The notes beneath the pieces are model-generated. The model saw nothing but the letters and a program-made list of their open reading frames with translations, ran no database searches and was not told the origin of the DNA. This document shows positions 1-11,371 of a stretch of 64,000 nucleotides of DNA, one piece after another (the stretch's first letter is position 1; each line of letters starts with the position of its first letter). The position numbers and the translations under genes are program-made. Where the stretch lies: sequence record OR836606.1, one strand, 5' to 3'.

Positions 1-372
1 TAAGTCTATTAAAGATATTTTAGTTGCATGTAAATCATAATATACACCTAAATCTAATTTCAATTCAATATCAGAACGATACTTAGTGAATAATATAGAA
101 ATAAAATTATTATTATCAATATCACTTGAAAATACTAATGACACATCATTTTTATTTAAATTATTCGAAATAAAATCTTGGATTAAAATTTTAAAATATA
201 AGAAAAAGCTGATTTTATCATTTAATTTAAACACATTATTTTTTCTTAAGTTTACATCTTTAGAAAAATTGAAGTTCAAATAATTAATTTTTAATCTATA
301 ATAAAAAGAATCATCGTTGAATCTCAATAAATTTGTATAGTGATTTATTAATTCATCTCTAAATTTTTCCAT
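1..372 (-). CDS. Hypothetical protein, partial (runs off window start)
   Basis: Manual translation from ATG at 372 (MEKFRDELINHY...) is open to position 1; SD-like GAAAGGA upstream; not in the ORF track because no stop is reached. Confidence 0.75.
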   Translation of the reverse strand, partial: MEKFRDELINHYTNLLRFNDDSFYYRLKINYLNFNFSKDVNLRKNNVFKLNDKISFFLYFKILIQDFISNNLNKNDVSLVFSSDIDNNNFISILFTKYRSDIELKLDLGVYYDLHATKISLIDL

Positions 373-394
373 TCAAAATTTCCTTTCTCACTGT

Positions 395-1108
395 TTATTC
401 TAATTCTAATCTTTCGTATCCTAAATAACCTTTAGCTTCTTGTATATTATTGTACTTATTAATTACATTAACTAAACTATGTCTTAATCTATGATAAATA
501 GGTCCTTTAAGACCATCTATTTCATAATCAATGAACATGATCCATTTATTTAATAATTGATCATCAATTTCAATTATTAAATTACTATTCATCAAATATT
601 CAAATAATGATGTTAAATGAGGATTAGACATTAAACCTTTTAATCTATCCAATGGAACATCTTCTCTAAAATTAGTATATAAAAAATAAGCTAAGTCTTT
701 GCTATCAGTTTCTTTTATATTAGATTTAATATTTTTTAATCTAGTAATAAATAAATTTTCATTACTGATAGTTTTATCAATTGGATCAATCATTTTAAAT
801 AATCTAGAGATAGAAGCTTTTCTTATTAAATTAGTTAGAAATTCATCTGGTTTTTTATTTATAAATAAACCATTTGATTCGAAATTATCTATAACAAAAT
901 CTATAAATCTATTATATTTATCTAATTCTTTTTTAGTAAATAGAGTAGTATCTAAGTTGTTATTAATATAACAACTTAAAATATTACTTTCTATTAATAA
1001 TTGAAATGAAACCATATTAAGCGCAGAAGGATCATCTAAATTAATACTCATGATATGGTCTATTCTAATATCATTTCTATTTTTTAATTTTTCTTCTTTA
1101 ACTAGCAT
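395..1108 (-). CDS. Hypothetical protein (237 aa)
   Basis: Long ORF, SD AAGGAG upstream, co-oriented with neighbours. Confidence 0.8.
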   Translation of the reverse strand: MLVKEEKLKNRNDIRIDHIMSINLDDPSALNMVSFQLLIESNILSCYINNNLDTTLFTKKELDKYNRFIDFVIDNFESNGLFINKKPDEFLTNLIRKASISRLFKMIDPIDKTISNENLFITRLKNIKSNIKETDSKDLAYFLYTNFREDVPLDRLKGLMSNPHLTSLFEYLMNSNLIIEIDDQLLNKWIMFIDYEIDGLKGPIYHRLRHSLVNVINKYNNIQEAKGYLGYERLELE

Positions 1109-1122
1109 AAGCGGATTCTCCT

Positions 1123-2313
1123 TTAAATAAATGTCTTTTTAATTGTTTCATTCATAATTAATCTCTTTAATTTTCCTTTAGACATTTTAACAAGTGTAGA
1201 TGTTTTACTGTATTTCTCATTTGAAATATTAAATGTATTGTCTTTCATATTCATGTATTCTTTAACAAATTGTCTTTTCTGATTTTCCGTAAAATTATTT
1301 TCAATTAATTTTAATATCTCTTTAACTGCAATATCAGTATATTTATTAGCTGATTTAAAAGATAATAAGAATGATACCTCTTTATAAATATTATCTATTA
1401 ATGTAAAGAAACCAATTTTTGAAAAATATTTAACTTTATCTTCATTCTCAGCTTCCTGTATTTTATCGGTAAAATAATTATAATTTATTCCATTATTATA
1501 TCCTAAGAATTCATGTCCATATAAATTATCTATACCTAATACAAATCTTTCATATAAATAATATTTATTAAATTCATCATATTTAAGACTATTTATTTTA
1601 GACTCCATTAATAAATCTGCGTACTCTAGATCTTCTTTACTATTAATATGATTATTAAATAATTTATAAAAATTGTTTATAATTTTTAATTTAAGCACAT
1701 TATCTTTATGTGAAATATCCAAATCTATTAAACTAGATAATAGTTTCATAAATTTCTTTTTATCACCATTAAACGATAATTTAGTATCTAATAATTCTTT
1801 ATTTAAATTAAAAAATTTATTATTACTTATTTCATCCATATCATTAATGAATTCATCTATATATTCTTCTTTTAATAATCCAAATGAAAAATTTTCATAA
1901 GAAGATTTAAAACTATAAAGGAATTTAATGTTTTTAATATCATTATCTTTACAAAATTTATTTATATAAAATATTAAAGGTAATTGAGATATATTTAAAA
2001 TTATATTTCTATCTTCTTTATAACCATGCATAATAATATCTTTAATAACATTCTTTAAAAATGCTTTTAGTGATTCATTATCTGTATAGTAATAATTAAA
2101 TACAAAACTTATTAAAGAATTACCGTTAAAATTATTTAATATAATATTATCACTTATTGAAATATCAATCTTCTTTTCGAATACAATATCAATATCTGGT
2201 ATTTTTAATAATTTTTCTTTATCAATTTCATTAAGTTCATGATCTTCACTAACATCAATATAACCAATATCATAGTTAATAAAGAAATCTTTCATTGATT
2301 CACTCATATCCAT
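1123..2313 (-). CDS. Hypothetical protein (396 aa)
   Basis: Long ORF with SD AGGAG; no recognisable motif. Confidence 0.8.
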   Translation of the reverse strand: MDMSESMKDFFINYDIGYIDVSEDHELNEIDKEKLLKIPDIDIVFEKKIDISISDNIILNNFNGNSLISFVFNYYYTDNESLKAFLKNVIKDIIMHGYKEDRNIILNISQLPLIFYINKFCKDNDIKNIKFLYSFKSSYENFSFGLLKEEYIDEFINDMDEISNNKFFNLNKELLDTKLSFNGDKKKFMKLLSSLIDLDISHKDNVLKLKIINNFYKLFNNHINSKEDLEYADLLMESKINSLKYDEFNKYYLYERFVLGIDNLYGHEFLGYNNGINYNYFTDKIQEAENEDKVKYFSKIGFFTLIDNIYKEVSFLLSFKSANKYTDIAVKEILKLIENNFTENQKRQFVKEYMNMKDNTFNISNEKYSKTSTLVKMSKGKLKRLIMNETIKKTFI

Positions 2314-2386
2314 TTCACTCTCCTATTAATTAAAAATTAAATTGAGTTGATAATTTAACTTACCAACTCAATTATATAATATATAT

Positions 2387-4453
2387 TTAAATAAATATTC
2401 TAGAAACTAAATACTTAGATCTTACCTTTTTAAATTTCTTTTTAAAATCAGGTGTTATATTTTTATTATTATTGATTATATTAATATAACTATCAACTTC
2501 TAATTCATTTTCTTCATTAATATATTCAAATTTATTGTAATATAAAATACTATAGATATATTTATCTTCTTCAAAAGAATTATCTGATAAAGCCAACAAA
2601 TTATAAATCAAAGACATATATTTAGATAAACTTTCCCCATCCAAATCAGTAAAGATATTATCCATATTATTTATAAATTTATTTATATCTTTTCTAAAGA
2701 AATAACTTCCATCATTGATATCCAATTTTTTGTCTGGGTATAGACTGATTTCTCTATGCGAATATAAAAAGATAGTAGCAATATCCTCATCAGTTAATTT
2801 TTTCTTAAAAGTAACTCCTTGCATCATTATTTCTATTTTTTTAATATGCGTCCTATTTCCTATTACAGTAAAATTAATATTAAAGTTATCAAATTCAATA
2901 ATAGCGTTGGAATTTACTTTAGATGCATCATTAAAATTTTCTAATAATTTTTGCTCCATATACTGCATATTATTTTTTAATATATCACGATTTAATTCTT
3001 TTTTCACACTTAACTTATAGAAATATTCCATATTGATTTCGCTAGGTTTCATAAGAAGATTATTTACTTCTCCATTTGTTATGAAATCATCTAATAATGC
3101 AAAAGAGCTATCCTTCAATTTACTTACATCAACATTGGATAAATCTAAATATAATTTTTTAGTGTTATTTTTAAAATAATCAATTATTCTATTCATAACT
3201 TTTTCTTTTGATTCTCTAACATCTCTAATTACAGGCTTATATACACTATCATCTAAAACTTTGTATATACTTCTAATCATTAAAATTTCGAGATCGTCCA
3301 ATTCTATAAAGAAATCAAATAAACTTTCACCTATTAAAATCTTAGATGAGTCTTTTAATAGATTGGTATCATCTTTAATATATTTTCTAAAATTAGATAA
3401 TGTATTGTCAATATAATCTCTCAATATTTTTTCAAGGTCTTCATCTAATTCATTTTCTTTAATTATTAAATTAATATTATCTTCTATATTATCCGAATCA
3501 CTCTGTTCTATAAATTTATTAATAGAATCTGTTTTCATTTTAATACTTCTAATTAAATTAAACATGATTTCAATATCATCATTATTAGATAAAGATAATT
3601 CAGCATTTTCTAAGTGTTTTGGATTTTTATTTAAATAATCCTTATCTATTAAATCTAATATTAATTTGTAATTGATATTAGATGTTAAAGATAATATTGA
3701 TTTCAAAACTTCCGAAATACTTCTATCTACATTGATAATACTTCTATCCATGTTTGATAATTTGAAATCTGACCCTTCATATATGCTATTCGCTAATATA
3801 AATACTACTTCTGGAACTTCTTTAAATATAATATTCATGTCAGGTAATTCTTCATTTTCAATTGAATTTAGCCATTTTTTTCTTAATGAATTAGATACCA
3901 TTGTATCGATAGCTAGTAAAGATTCTAAACTAACTTGTTTATTTTTGTTTAAAAAATCTTTTTTCACATTTTTATCTAAAAATTCTATAGGTAGGCCATT
4001 ATCTGTTTTAAAAATATTAATATTTGTATTTCCATTTCTTAATAAGAAAGAGTCTTCCAATTTGGAGTTATTTTCTATAGATTGATGTATTTGATGTTTA
4101 CTTCTTTTAATTATGTCTACATCGTATATAAAAGATCTGAAAAATTTATCTGTACGACCAATACTATTCTCATCTAATAAATCTCCTTTATCAAGTCTAT
4201 TTATTAGGAAATTAATATATTTATCTTTATATTCATTAGAGCGAGTTAAAAACATATGTGTCATTCCCGCTTTAGAATAATTAATGAAATTTATTAAATT
4301 CTCATATACTCTAGAATTTTGATTATCATTTAATTTATCCCTAGTATTAGTATTTTTTCTATTATACATAGGTTTTAAATTAGAAAATTCTTTATTATAA
4401 ATAGTGACATTAAATAATTTTTCTAATTCATTTTTTACATTCTTATTTAACAT
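2387..4453 (-). CDS. Hypothetical protein (688 aa)
   Basis: Long ORF with SD AAGGAG; no recognisable motif. Confidence 0.85.
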   Translation of the reverse strand: MLNKNVKNELEKLFNVTIYNKEFSNLKPMYNRKNTNTRDKLNDNQNSRVYENLINFINYSKAGMTHMFLTRSNEYKDKYINFLINRLDKGDLLDENSIGRTDKFFRSFIYDVDIIKRSKHQIHQSIENNSKLEDSFLLRNGNTNINIFKTDNGLPIEFLDKNVKKDFLNKNKQVSLESLLAIDTMVSNSLRKKWLNSIENEELPDMNIIFKEVPEVVFILANSIYEGSDFKLSNMDRSIINVDRSISEVLKSILSLTSNINYKLILDLIDKDYLNKNPKHLENAELSLSNNDDIEIMFNLIRSIKMKTDSINKFIEQSDSDNIEDNINLIIKENELDEDLEKILRDYIDNTLSNFRKYIKDDTNLLKDSSKILIGESLFDFFIELDDLEILMIRSIYKVLDDSVYKPVIRDVRESKEKVMNRIIDYFKNNTKKLYLDLSNVDVSKLKDSSFALLDDFITNGEVNNLLMKPSEINMEYFYKLSVKKELNRDILKNNMQYMEQKLLENFNDASKVNSNAIIEFDNFNINFTVIGNRTHIKKIEIMMQGVTFKKKLTDEDIATIFLYSHREISLYPDKKLDINDGSYFFRKDINKFINNMDNIFTDLDGESLSKYMSLIYNLLALSDNSFEEDKYIYSILYYNKFEYINEENELEVDSYINIINNNKNITPDFKKKFKKVRSKYLVSRIFI

Positions 4454-4535
4454 CGTTTATTCTCCTTTAAGTAAAAAATTTTAAATATGAACGTCAATGG
4501 ATATTAATATTTATCCATTGACGTAAAATTTAAAA

Positions 4536-6524
4536 TTATCTATTATTGTCTATTTTTAATTCCAATACTTTACCTTTTGGCTCTCTAACTGAAAGATTAT
4601 TTTCATTTTCAGTGATAACCCAAATAACATCAGTTAATAGACCATATTCCACTTCAGGTTCACCAAATCCGTCTGAGAAGAATAGTAATGTGTCATCTTT
4701 TGATACTGAATATTTACGTTTATTATCTTTATTATTCAAGAAATTAAATACAGAACTGAAATAAGTTCCACCACGACCCATTACATAATCATTAAATTGA
4801 TTTGGTCTTTTCACTTCAACTACTTCTTCAACATCAGTTGAGAAGAATAATAAAACTAAATCAATTTTCATATCATTACTAATGTAATATAATTCAGCAA
4901 TAATTTCTTCAATTTCATTTCTACTCATTGAACCTGAAGTATCAATAGCTGCAAATAATTTACCTAATTTTCTACCAGGTAAAGTTCCACGTACATCATT
5001 ACGATAAGGTTGTCTTCTATTTCTTCTTAAGATAGTTTTTGTACTAGAAGAACGTTTTTTACCTACCTTAGCTTTAAGATAATCTTGCCATTTAATCTTA
5101 GGTTTACGTTTTAGAATTTCAATTTGTTCTTTAATATGAGCAGGTGTATCACCACGACTGTTATTACTAGCAGTTTCTAATAAATCATATAACTGATCTT
5201 TCATTCTCTCTTCTGTAGCATCTCCTTCAAGAGGATTAGAATCAAATTTATCTGCATATTTAGAATTTCCATCTAAAGAAGATGACATAGCCATATTACT
5301 TCCCATATCAGAAACATTTTGCCCGTCTTGCATACCGCCATCTTCACATTGCATACCTTGAGAACCTTGTTGCATATTATTTTGAATCATTTGATTTAAT
5401 ATATCTGATTTCATTTCTTGTATTTTATCAGATAAATCACTATTGTCTTTACTATCAAATTTATTATCTGAAGTATTATTTCTCATTGAATCTAGTAAAT
5501 CATTCATTTTCTCTTCTATATTTTTCTGATTTTGAGTATCATTACTGTTGTTTTCATCATTTTGATTCATTTCATCTAATTTATTCATATACTCTTGAGC
5601 TTTATTTTCAAAATCATCAACTTTGTTTTCTTCTAATTTGTTATCTTCTAATTTACTAGATAAATCATTTTTATCTTCAATATCTTTTAAATCTTCTAAC
5701 ATGTCTTTCAACATTTCGTTTTCTTCTTTCAATGAATCTTCATCACGTCCATTTTGTTTTTCTGAAGACTCTTGAATCATATTTTGCATAGATTCACCCA
5801 TAGAATCAAATATATCTTCTTCATTATTCTCTTTGTAGACATCTACTAATTTCTTAATATAATAGTGAGAAGCGTCATTATGATTTAATTTAAAATCTGT
5901 TTTATTAAATTTATCTTGAATATATCTTTCAATCTTGTCTACGTTAGGTGCAATTTCAGGTAAAACTTTTTTACTTGTATTAGCTTCACGTTTACCTAAT
6001 TGAAAGTCTTCTTCAATTTCAAATATAGATAAATCCATTCCTAAGTGACTTAACATTTTCAATTGAGAATCTTCTTTATTTCTTAGCATTCTAAATTCAA
6101 TTAAATGTCCATGAGCTACATGGATAACTTCATGTAGGAATATAGAAACTATTTCTTCATCTTTATCAACCATAGTAGCTAATAATACTGGATTAATGCC
6201 AATCTTATAACCTTTTTCTTCATCAAATACTGAAAAAGTTGGTTCTGGAACCTCAATATCAATAATCTTTTCTACAGTCATTAACATTACTCCATAAATA
6301 TCAACATCGGAAGTATATAACACAAAAATACTATTTTCAATTAATTCTTTTCCAAGTTTAGTTAATTTCTTTTTATCTAATTGTCTATCATTTACAATTG
6401 ATTCTTGTACTTCGTCTAATATTTCTTTTCTAATTACTTTAATTGTTCTATTATCGTTCATTATCAAATTCACTCTCCTAATTATAAAAAATAAATGAAG
6501 ATAATGGAGACTAATAATCTCCAT
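4536..6524 (-). CDS. HEXXH metallopeptidase-like / vWA domain protein (DUF2201-type MoxR partner)
   Basis: FLHEVIH motif, acidic low-complexity linker, C-terminal vWA MIDAS (AIDTSGSMS, GRGGT, FSDG). True start probably the internal MNDNRTIK downstream of an AGGAG SD. Confidence 0.8.
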   Translation of the reverse strand: MEIISLHYLHLFFIIRRVNLIMNDNRTIKVIRKEILDEVQESIVNDRQLDKKKLTKLGKELIENSIFVLYTSDVDIYGVMLMTVEKIIDIEVPEPTFSVFDEEKGYKIGINPVLLATMVDKDEEIVSIFLHEVIHVAHGHLIEFRMLRNKEDSQLKMLSHLGMDLSIFEIEEDFQLGKREANTSKKVLPEIAPNVDKIERYIQDKFNKTDFKLNHNDASHYYIKKLVDVYKENNEEDIFDSMGESMQNMIQESSEKQNGRDEDSLKEENEMLKDMLEDLKDIEDKNDLSSKLEDNKLEENKVDDFENKAQEYMNKLDEMNQNDENNSNDTQNQKNIEEKMNDLLDSMRNNTSDNKFDSKDNSDLSDKIQEMKSDILNQMIQNNMQQGSQGMQCEDGGMQDGQNVSDMGSNMAMSSSLDGNSKYADKFDSNPLEGDATEERMKDQLYDLLETASNNSRGDTPAHIKEQIEILKRKPKIKWQDYLKAKVGKKRSSSTKTILRRNRRQPYRNDVRGTLPGRKLGKLFAAIDTSGSMSRNEIEEIIAELYYISNDMKIDLVLLFFSTDVEEVVEVKRPNQFNDYVMGRGGTYFSSVFNFLNNKDNKRKYSVSKDDTLLFFSDGFGEPEVEYGLLTDVIWVITENENNLSVREPKGKVLELKIDNNR

Positions 6525-6536
6525 TATCTATAATTA

Positions 6537-8087
6537 TTAACCTAAGCTTCCCACCATTTGTTCATATAGTGCAAATGCTTTATCACTGTATAATTCATTA
6601 TCAGTGAATTTTTCATATAATTCTTGGTCTGACTCTTCAGTAGATTCTGAAAGTCTAGAAATTAATCTAATTGGCGTAGCATTAGTTTCAACTTTACCTA
6701 ATAATAAAGCTTCTACAGCAATTTGAATAACTTGTTCTTCAGTTAAATCAGGATTATTTTTAAGATAGTTAATCATTGAAGTTTTTAATGTTAATTGTCT
6801 GATAGTTGATTGACTTTCAATAACTTCAATATGTTGTTTAGCTAATTCTTTACGAGGAACCATTTTACCTTTATCATATTCAAATAAAATATCACTTGGA
6901 CGAGGTAATTTAGCTTGTTTTTCAATATAGAATTTAACAAATAAGTTTGCTAAATCACTATTAATTTTACCTTCAGTGAAGAATTGTAACGTATCTTTCT
7001 TTTTACGTTTTTCTTCTTCTCTATTAGAGAATTTAAATAAATCGTCTTCTTCTAATACATATAACATATTAGAAATCATTTCCCAAGAACGTGGGTTAGT
7101 ATCATTGAAATCTTTACCAGCTTCTTTTTGAGGTCTGAATAAATATTCAGTACTCTCTTTTTCTGTAATAAATTCAACAATTGAAGGATGAATATTTTGT
7201 TTTTCTGAATCGTCTTTATATTTAGTTGCAAAATCTACCCAACTTTCAATATCAGGAACCATGTGTACAAATGTAATACGTGAACTTACAGCGTTATCCA
7301 TAGAAGTTGCTGCGTATTCTGAATCTTCAAACCCTGGCATATCTGAAGACGGGTTTTGTGCTAGTGCAATTTTAACATTAGGTGGTAAATGATAACCGTT
7401 TACTTGACGTTCTAATAAGAAGTTCATTAATTCTGATTGAACTTGTTGATCTGTACGTCCAATTTCATCGATGAATAATAAAGTATAAGGTCTTGGAACT
7501 GCTTCTAAAATTTCTTTAATATAGAAACCTTTACCAATTTTATCTCTTAATTCCTTACCAGTTAAATCTACAAAAATTTCATTCAATTCATCAAACGATT
7601 TTTTCATTAAATCATTTTTATTATATTTAACATTTTTAACTCTAGCTTTGTTAAATACTTTATTAACATAGTTTTCATGAGTATCCTCATAATAATCAAC
7701 AATATCTTTACCAGTCAATTTCACATAAATCTCTTTTAATTCATCAATAGATTTTAAAGAAAGATCTTTACGTGAATATTGTTTTCCACCTTCTTTTTGA
7801 TATTCTTTGTATTTTTCAAAAAGGTCATTAGCTAATTTAATTTTATCCATTGGAGCATAGATAACTTCATTATCCTTCTGTGATAACATTGGTAAAGACA
7901 ACTCCCCTTCTTTAAGGTTATTTGCTGCAATTGTAATGAAGTTCATATTGTCCTCTTCAGCAATATCTCTCATCATTTGTGTTTTACCAATTCCTCCGTC
8001 ACCAACTACGTTAATAATTTCATCTGCTCTAAATGCAGCTCTTACCAATAATTTTGTTTGTGAGTATTTTACTTTTGCCATATCCAA
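6537..8087 (-). CDS. MoxR-like AAA+ ATPase
   Basis: Walker A GDGGIGKT, Walker B LLFIDE, AQNP sensor, DNAVSSR arginine-finger region, NPRSWE motif; adjacent to vWA gene. Confidence 0.85.
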   Translation of the reverse strand: MDMAKVKYSQTKLLVRAAFRADEIINVVGDGGIGKTQMMRDIAEEDNMNFITIAANNLKEGELSLPMLSQKDNEVIYAPMDKIKLANDLFEKYKEYQKEGGKQYSRKDLSLKSIDELKEIYVKLTGKDIVDYYEDTHENYVNKVFNKARVKNVKYNKNDLMKKSFDELNEIFVDLTGKELRDKIGKGFYIKEILEAVPRPYTLLFIDEIGRTDQQVQSELMNFLLERQVNGYHLPPNVKIALAQNPSSDMPGFEDSEYAATSMDNAVSSRITFVHMVPDIESWVDFATKYKDDSEKQNIHPSIVEFITEKESTEYLFRPQKEAGKDFNDTNPRSWEMISNMLYVLEEDDLFKFSNREEEKRKKKDTLQFFTEGKINSDLANLFVKFYIEKQAKLPRPSDILFEYDKGKMVPRKELAKQHIEVIESQSTIRQLTLKTSMINYLKNNPDLTEEQVIQIAVEALLLGKVETNATPIRLISRLSESTEESDQELYEKFTDNELYSDKAFALYEQMVGSLG

Positions 8088-8264
8088 ATCTCTCCTTATA
8101 ATTAAAAAATTTTATTTTTGAGTATTAAGATTGATTTCATCTCAATCTCATTAAAATAATATATATTTAAAATATTAGTTGAAATTTTTAGTTTTTTATA
8201 ATATGTCTATTCGAACTTTAACATGCATTTATTATAACAAAATAAGAATGGAAGTGAAATAATT

Positions 8265-10493
8265 TTGCTTATTCGTGATGTAGGAAATAACAATATGGGT
8301 AGAAATGATGTACCTGAAATGTCTGATGAAATAGAATATTCCAAGACGAATAAAATATTACTTAATAATATATCAGAATGGTATTTGTTTGAAAAACAAG
8401 CGATCTTTAGTTTACCATTACTAAAAAAATATGAAAATGTGCTTAAAAGAGATTTAATAGATTATGATTTACCAAAATCATATCACTATAGACCTGAATA
8501 TCTATCTAATGAATTATATGGAACTACAGATCTTTGGTATCTTTTACTTTTCGTCAATGATATGCAAACAGTTGATCAATTTAATACAGATACCGTAAAA
8601 ATTTTTCCAGAGGTTGTCATTAATAGTTTAAATAAGATTATTAATGAAGAAAATGAAATACTGGGCACTGAAAATAACCCTAAACCTATTTTTAAACATA
8701 TGATGAAAAGTACTGAAGAAAAATCAGACAGAGTTACTCCGGGATATAACGATCCTAGAATTATACCATTTGTACCTGAAACTGACTTTGAAGATAAATT
8801 AGAAAATATTACTTCAGATAGATACTTAAGAGAAAGACATGAAGTTCACGAGCATAAATTCTATAGACCTGATACGGATAATAAAGATTTGGTAGAGCCA
8901 TTTACACTTAATAATGATGGTTTAAGAACTCTACCACATCTATTTTACAAAAAAGGTTTTTCACGTAAATTTCAAGGTAAAATGTATTTTAAACCGGGGG
9001 AAAGGTATTTATTTGCGCCTTTACAAAATGGTATGTCTAAATTAAAAATAACAGACCGAAAAGGTTTTAATATAATTAATGCTACAGAGAACTATCAATT
9101 TAAAGCACCTACAGCTATATTTGATTTAAGAAAAGCTAATGATGAAGATGTAAGTCATTCTAATCTTGAATCAACAAGATTATCTTCAGTAAGTTTTAAT
9201 CAAGAAACCGGTTTATATGAAGTTAAAGGAGATATTTTAAGTAAATCTGATAAAGAAGATGAAAATTCTGCATCATTTGTTAAAATAACTTTAGATGATG
9301 AAAATGAAAATCCTAGAATGAATATTAAACGTTTATTAAATTATGATTTCTTTGCATTTAATATGGGGTATTCTACGAACTTTAAAGATAATAATCACCC
9401 TACGGCTAAATTAGTTTATGATATCACATTAACATCAAATACTGGTAAAGTTAAAAAAGTAAAGAATATATTCCCTTCAAATAATAAAAATTATAACACA
9501 CAAGGTCAAAAATCATATCTTAAACATATGATGTACAATATAAAGAATATTAAGAAAATGGAAATAGAAGTTAAATTAACAGATTTCATTGATAATGTTG
9601 ATCCAAATGAAATAATTCAAGTTAGTTTAGATGAATTTGAAATTGCAGGAGTTAGTCATAAAGAATTCGATAATACATTTATTGTAACTAAGGAAGATTG
9701 GTATAATATCGAGCTAGAATATAATTATTCACTTAAAAATCCAGATGGGTCGGATTATTTCTATGATGAAAGTAGATCAGGAATATATTTTAATCCTATG
9801 ATAGTTGCATTGAGATCATATGGTACATTTCCTGTAAAAACTCAAACTTATACTGGATTTTATAATAAAACTTTATCTAAACAATCGTTAGGTAATTATG
9901 GGTATATTAGTTTCATGGAAGGAACAACTAAATTTGATGATGACGCATTGAACTATGTGTATAGTCAAAACTTTAAATTCCCTAAAAATTACATTATGAC
10001 ATTTAAATTAATTAATAAGAATAAAACTGGCGGAGCAGGAATTGTATTCGATTATAATACTCAACTTAATTCAGGTTATATGTTTTGGATATCTTCTCAA
10101 CAAGAAAATTGGGATGTTCCTTACTTTGATTTGAATGATGAAGATGTTATGACAGATCCTGACCGTATCATGAAAACTGGTTTCTATGAAATTGATAAAG
10201 TATTTGGAAAACCTAAAGAATTATTCCAAGATGAATCAGAAAAACAATTATTTGTTACTAATCACGTTCCATTGGATATTAATAATAAATATATTAAAAT
10301 AATTAAAAATGAAAATAGAATTAGAGTATTCATAGATAAGAATAAAAATTTTAATTACCGTAAACCAGATATCGATATTAAAGATATTGAAAATATCAAT
10401 ATGGAAGGTAAAATGGGTTTCATTTCTGCATTTTCAGGTTTAGAAGTCCAATTCGATAGTTATTATGAATATAAAGATAAATATGATGACTAA
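8265..10493 (+). CDS. Putative baseplate wedge protein (T4 gp53/LysM-like N-terminus) with long C-terminal extension
   Basis: YRPEYLSNELYGTTDLWYLLLFVN resembles the gp53-like motif; beta-rich C-terminus. Confidence 0.55.
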   Translation: MLIRDVGNNNMGRNDVPEMSDEIEYSKTNKILLNNISEWYLFEKQAIFSLPLLKKYENVLKRDLIDYDLPKSYHYRPEYLSNELYGTTDLWYLLLFVNDMQTVDQFNTDTVKIFPEVVINSLNKIINEENEILGTENNPKPIFKHMMKSTEEKSDRVTPGYNDPRIIPFVPETDFEDKLENITSDRYLRERHEVHEHKFYRPDTDNKDLVEPFTLNNDGLRTLPHLFYKKGFSRKFQGKMYFKPGERYLFAPLQNGMSKLKITDRKGFNIINATENYQFKAPTAIFDLRKANDEDVSHSNLESTRLSSVSFNQETGLYEVKGDILSKSDKEDENSASFVKITLDDENENPRMNIKRLLNYDFFAFNMGYSTNFKDNNHPTAKLVYDITLTSNTGKVKKVKNIFPSNNKNYNTQGQKSYLKHMMYNIKNIKKMEIEVKLTDFIDNVDPNEIIQVSLDEFEIAGVSHKEFDNTFIVTKEDWYNIELEYNYSLKNPDGSDYFYDESRSGIYFNPMIVALRSYGTFPVKTQTYTGFYNKTLSKQSLGNYGYISFMEGTTKFDDDALNYVYSQNFKFPKNYIMTFKLINKNKTGGAGIVFDYNTQLNSGYMFWISSQQENWDVPYFDLNDEDVMTDPDRIMKTGFYEIDKVFGKPKELFQDESEKQLFVTNHVPLDINNKYIKIIKNENRIRVFIDKNKNFNYRKPDIDIKDIENINMEGKMGFISAFSGLEVQFDSYYEYKDKYDD

Positions 10494-10506
10494 AAGCAGT
10501 ATAATT

Positions 10507-10537
10507 GAGGTAATGACATATAATTTGTCATTACCTC
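10507..10537. terminator. Bidirectional intrinsic terminator hairpin
   Basis: 12-bp stem GAGGTAATGACA/TGTCATTACCTC between convergent genes, T-tract follows. Confidence 0.75.
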
Positions 10538-10559
10538 TTATTTTTTGCTAAATCAACTT

Positions 10560-10784
10560 TTATTTCATATTTTTTCTAACTAAATAATCTTTTATTTCTT
10601 TAATGTCATATTTTTTAGATACTTCAAACATAAGTTCTCTAAGTTCTTTTAATTCTTTTTCTAGAGAATATTCTTCTTTATCTTTTAATATATCTTTTTC
10701 TACTTGCTTAGCGAATCTAAGTTGCATTCTTGAATAAAGTTCATCCATAGAAGAACCATTATCATTAAAAATATCTGGATTCAT
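10560..10784 (-). CDS. Small coiled-coil protein (tandem family)
   Basis: ORF in tightly packed operon; C-terminus resembles neighbours. Confidence 0.7.
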   Translation of the reverse strand: MNPDIFNDNGSSMDELYSRMQLRFAKQVEKDILKDKEEYSLEKELKELRELMFEVSKKYDIKEIKDYLVRKNMK

Positions 10785-10789
10785 AACTG

Positions 10790-11071
10790 TTATTTCCCTC
10801 CATTTTTATATAATAATCTATTATATCGGGATTTTATGCTTCTGTTATTAATTTTTTCTTTAGATAAAGCTTCTTTTAGCTCTTTAATTTTTCTTTCTTT
10901 TTCTTTATTATCTTCAACAACTTTACTAGCCAAAGATAAAGCTTTATCAACTCTATTATTTAAATTATAAAATTTCTCTTCTGCTTTCTTAGTTCTAGCT
11001 ATAGTTTTCTTTACCGTATTGATAAATTCTTCTGAACTAATTATTCTTTTAATAGCATTCATATACTTCAT
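10790..11071 (-). CDS. Small coiled-coil hypothetical protein
   Basis: ORF with AAGGA SD, tightly packed. Confidence 0.7.
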   Translation of the reverse strand: MKYMNAIKRIISSEEFINTVKKTIARTKKAEEKFYNLNNRVDKALSLASKVVEDNKEKERKIKELKEALSKEKINNRSIKSRYNRLLYKNGGK

Positions 11072-11075
11072 TCCT

Positions 11076-11351
11076 TTATTTAAGATTATCTCTGATAAAA
11101 TTCTTTAAATACTTTTTAGTTACTTCAGAATGTGAATTTAATTCGTTAGAAAGACGAACTAATTCTAGTTTCACTTCATTCAATTTCTTTTCATTAGTTT
11201 GATTAGAACTTTCTATTCTATTAATTAATGTACATATGATATCATTTAAATAATGATAATTATCTTTCATAGTATTTAATTTAATTTCATTCATTCTAGT
11301 ACGTTCTTCTAATTCGTCCATACGCTTAATTAAACTTTTTTCATTATTCAA
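11076..11351 (-). CDS. Small coiled-coil hypothetical protein
   Basis: ORF in operon; ends NFIRDNLK. Confidence 0.7.
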   Translation of the reverse strand: MNNEKSLIKRMDELEERTRMNEIKLNTMKDNYHYLNDIICTLINRIESSNQTNEKKLNEVKLELVRLSNELNSHSEVTKKYLKNFIRDNLK

Positions 11352-11371
11352 AATAAAATCACATCTCTTTA

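Noticed and set aside
8236-8247. Late promoter before the gp53-like gene (also 27549 region)
   Set aside because: AACA is present but the N6-TA spacing is not met, so it was not listed
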